DNA from: Chlorokybus atmophyticus
Lineage: Eukaryota > Plantae > Mesostigma and Chlorokybus algae
Length of the DNA: 64,000 nucleotides
Assembly: GCA_009103225.1 (NCBI GenBank)
Contig: RHPI01000277.1
Location: 394,074-458,073, forward strand
Direction of reading: 5' to 3'
In this document: one piece after another, positions 61,378 to 64,000 of the stretch
Numbering within the stretch: position 1 is the first letter of the stretch
How the letters are laid out: each line of letters starts with the position of its first letter
Translations under genes and position numbers: made by a program
Notes under the pieces: generated by a model
Seen by the model: the letters and a program-made list of their open reading frames with translations, nothing else
The model's database searches: none
Told to the model about the DNA's origin: nothing

Positions 61378-61905
61378 ATGCCTACCAAGGGCACAGCCAA
61401 TGACAACAGTGACTCGGGCGATATCTTACAGGGCTCCCCCTCCGAGTGGGCAAAGGCACACCACAATATTGCCTTCAAGAACATCCGACTCACCAGCAGC
61501 TGTGACCACGGCGACATGATTGAAGGGATCAAACAAGACTGGCATAACGAAGGTGGGTTACGATGCACTGTCAATGCCACATGCTAGAGTTCTTTTATCT
61601 TGCACATGAACAGCCTCAAGTATCTTGCACATGACATACATTGTCAATACCACGTGCACGCCCTCATGCACACACACACACACACACAGCCTCCAGTGTC
61701 ATGCACATGAACAGCATGACCAATTTCACAAATGCACAGCCTATTTCTGCTTGCGGGAGCTCACAAGTCGCAAAAGAGAAGCTGTGGAGTACCCCGAACG
61801 GGTAATCCATAATTTAGCTCAATGTTTCCCGTGGCAATTAAGCAGTACGCTTGCAGATTGCCATGTTGATCAGAGTGAACTAAGAGCAGCGCGGCAGGCT
61901 GACTG
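61378..61905 (+). pseudogene. Plavaka partner gene, copy 2, interrupted by Copia 4
   Basis: Homologous to 45033-45640; Copia 4 is inserted after GACTG. Confidence 0.7.
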
Positions 61906-64000
61906 TGTTGAGAGTATTCCTACATACGATCAGCATCGACCCTCCACACAGGAGTAGAAGGTCGTAAGGACGAGCACTAGGTCCGGACTTAGCAAGATGG
62001 CATCGTCGGACCAGACTCCGGACTCCAGACTGGAGCCTTACTAACTGCTTCGTATCTCCGCGTATACTTACTCATATTAGGCGTGTGAGAGCTTGTTGGA
62101 AAGCTCTGGTTGTAAGAAAGACAACACAGCTTAGAGCGCGTCAAACGGCTGAGTATAGCTTACGCAGTGCTTGCAAACGTAGACGTGTGTGTAACTGGCT
62201 GGTATAAGAACCAGCGGACAACTTGTAATAGATGAATGTGATGTGACCTGTGTATGCTCCGGTGGCGGTAGCTCTGTCTCTGTGTGTCTATGCTTGCCTC
62301 AGCTACATGTGCATGCTAGTCCTTCAACAGGTTATGGGCCCACACTACGCTTGAGGAGTGTGAGACTAGTTTGTGTGCATAGTAGTTCTACACTACGGTA
62401 GCTTGTTGGTAGCAGAGCCTTGGGTGTCAACTGCAAGAAAGGCAGGCTCGACAGAAATGGAGGCGACCTACGACAAGGGGCAGATTGCAAAGCTGGACAC
62501 CGACAACTACAACACATGGTGCGTGGAGATGAAGGCCTTGCTCATCCACAAGAAGGTGTGGAAGTACGTTGATCCGAAGGCACCACCACCAACACCAGGA
62601 GCGAACACTGTGTGGTCAGAGCATTCAGCAGAAGCACACTCTTTGCTTGTGTTGAACAGCAAACCGCATCACTTTCCCATGCTCACTGCATGTGAAGATG
62701 GTAGACAAGCTTGGGAAAAGCTATCAGCCGTTTTCAGAGCCAAGAACAATGCCAGAAAGTTGCATCTACGCAAGCAGCTCAGCGCACTCAGGAAGGAGGC
62801 AGCAGAACCCATCACAAAGTATGTTGCGCGCGCGAGAGAGCTGTGGGCGGACCTCATCAACGTCGGCCACAACATGGGGGAGACGGAGGTAGTGCTGGCC
62901 ATTGTTGCAGGGCTACCAGCAGAGTACGAGGTCGTCGCAACCCTGCTGGAGACGTCATCATCGGAGTTGACGTTGGACGATGTGCTACCGAAGCTGCTCA
63001 CCGTGGAGCAGAGGGTTGTGAAGAAGGACGAGCAAGCGGATGCCGTCGCCTTCTACACCGGCAAGCACGCAAAGAAGAGCAACCATGAAGAGAAGTACAA
63101 GGGCAACAAGCCAGGCAATCCTCGTCACAAAGACCTCACATGCCACTGGTGTGGTTGGAAGGGGCACATTGTGAAGGACTGTAGGAAGAAACAACAGGGG
63201 CAACCTAGAGCAAGCACCAGCAACAGCGGCAACGAGCACCAACACAAGGAGAAACATGTCGCCTTCACTGCATCCAGTTCGAGGGCGGGCACAGCTTTCT
63301 GGGTGGTGGACTCTGGCTGCGATCGTCATCTCACACCAAACAAGGAGGTGATGGAGGGCTACAGGAAGCTGACGTCCACAATCAAGGTGGCGGGCTTCGG
63401 TGGCGAAGTACTGGTGGCTGAGGGAGTTGGCAACGTACGACTCCAGTGCAAGGTTGGTAACACACTACGCGAGGTGTTGTTACGCAACGTCCTGCATGTT
63501 CCTAAGGCTATTGCGAGTCTATTCTCTGTGAGGGTTGCGGAGCGCTTAGGCGCGGAGATCCTATTTCGGAAGGGTGGCTGCTCAGTCATCCTTGATGGGG
63601 TCGTGCACATGGTTGGAATCGCTGATCCGGGAGGGCTCTACCACGTGGAGCAGCCTCAAGACAGAGACATTCAAGCCATGGTGGTGAAGGACAAGGAGTC
63701 GCCAACATTGTGGCATCGAAGGTTCGGGCATCTCAGCTACGTCAACCTCACTCGCCTTGTCGCTGAGAAGATGGTCAAGGGCATCCATCTCAGCACAGAA
63801 GAACTCAAGAATGCATCAGGTGCACTTTGTGAACCATGCCTGGTTGCAAAGCAGCATGCTATGCCATTCCCATCATCCTCTTCTAGCAGTCAGCATCCTT
63901 GCGAGCTTGTGCACATGGATGTCTGTGGCCCTATGCGCATTGTGGCGAAGGGAGGGGCCAGGTACTTTGCTACATTCCTCGACGACTACAGCAAGCTGTC
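61906..64000 (+). mobile_element. Ty1/Copia element 4, same family as element 3, runs off the window
   Basis: 5' LTR 61906-62329; PBS 62330; gag ATG at 62458. The frame appears open to the window end and has GAG where copy 3 has TAG (41258). Confidence 0.96.

Overview
Eukaryotic nuclear DNA with GT-AG introns, microsatellite-rich introns and assembly gaps. The TE families suggest a green alga or early streptophyte (inference; species not determinable). The window is almost entirely a nest of transposable elements around one host-like gene, a multi-exon PIF1 helicase (24.5-28.3 kb, minus). Left third: a Ty3/Gypsy element with a PHD-finger integrase tail, interrupted by a solo Copia LTR, a ~0.5 kb TRIM that itself holds a 4.5 kb PIF/Harbinger transposon, and two full-length Copia elements. 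Middle: a DUF6729/Mutator(NOF)-like transposase gene containing seven duplicated ~60-nt mini-exons, a convergent small gene with a piggyBac-type Cys-rich finger, and a second TRIM. Right: two Plavaka (CMC-type) transposon copies, each hit by the same Copia family, an EnSpm relic, and nested chromoviruses with hairpin-rich LTRs and a possible degenerate adenine-methylase domain. Next to the Plavaka transposase lie a SET-domain ORF and a decayed Tudor + phage/bacterial-type C5 DNA methyltransferase reading frame. Top leads: (1) possible chromatin-modifier cargo (SET, Tudor-DNMT) on a Plavaka DNA transposon; (2) two TRIM families with a tRNA-geometry Pol III A/B-box pair split across the LTR/PBS junction; (3) a frame-preserving mini-exon array inside a transposase. 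All family calls come from motif recognition by eye; no searches were run.
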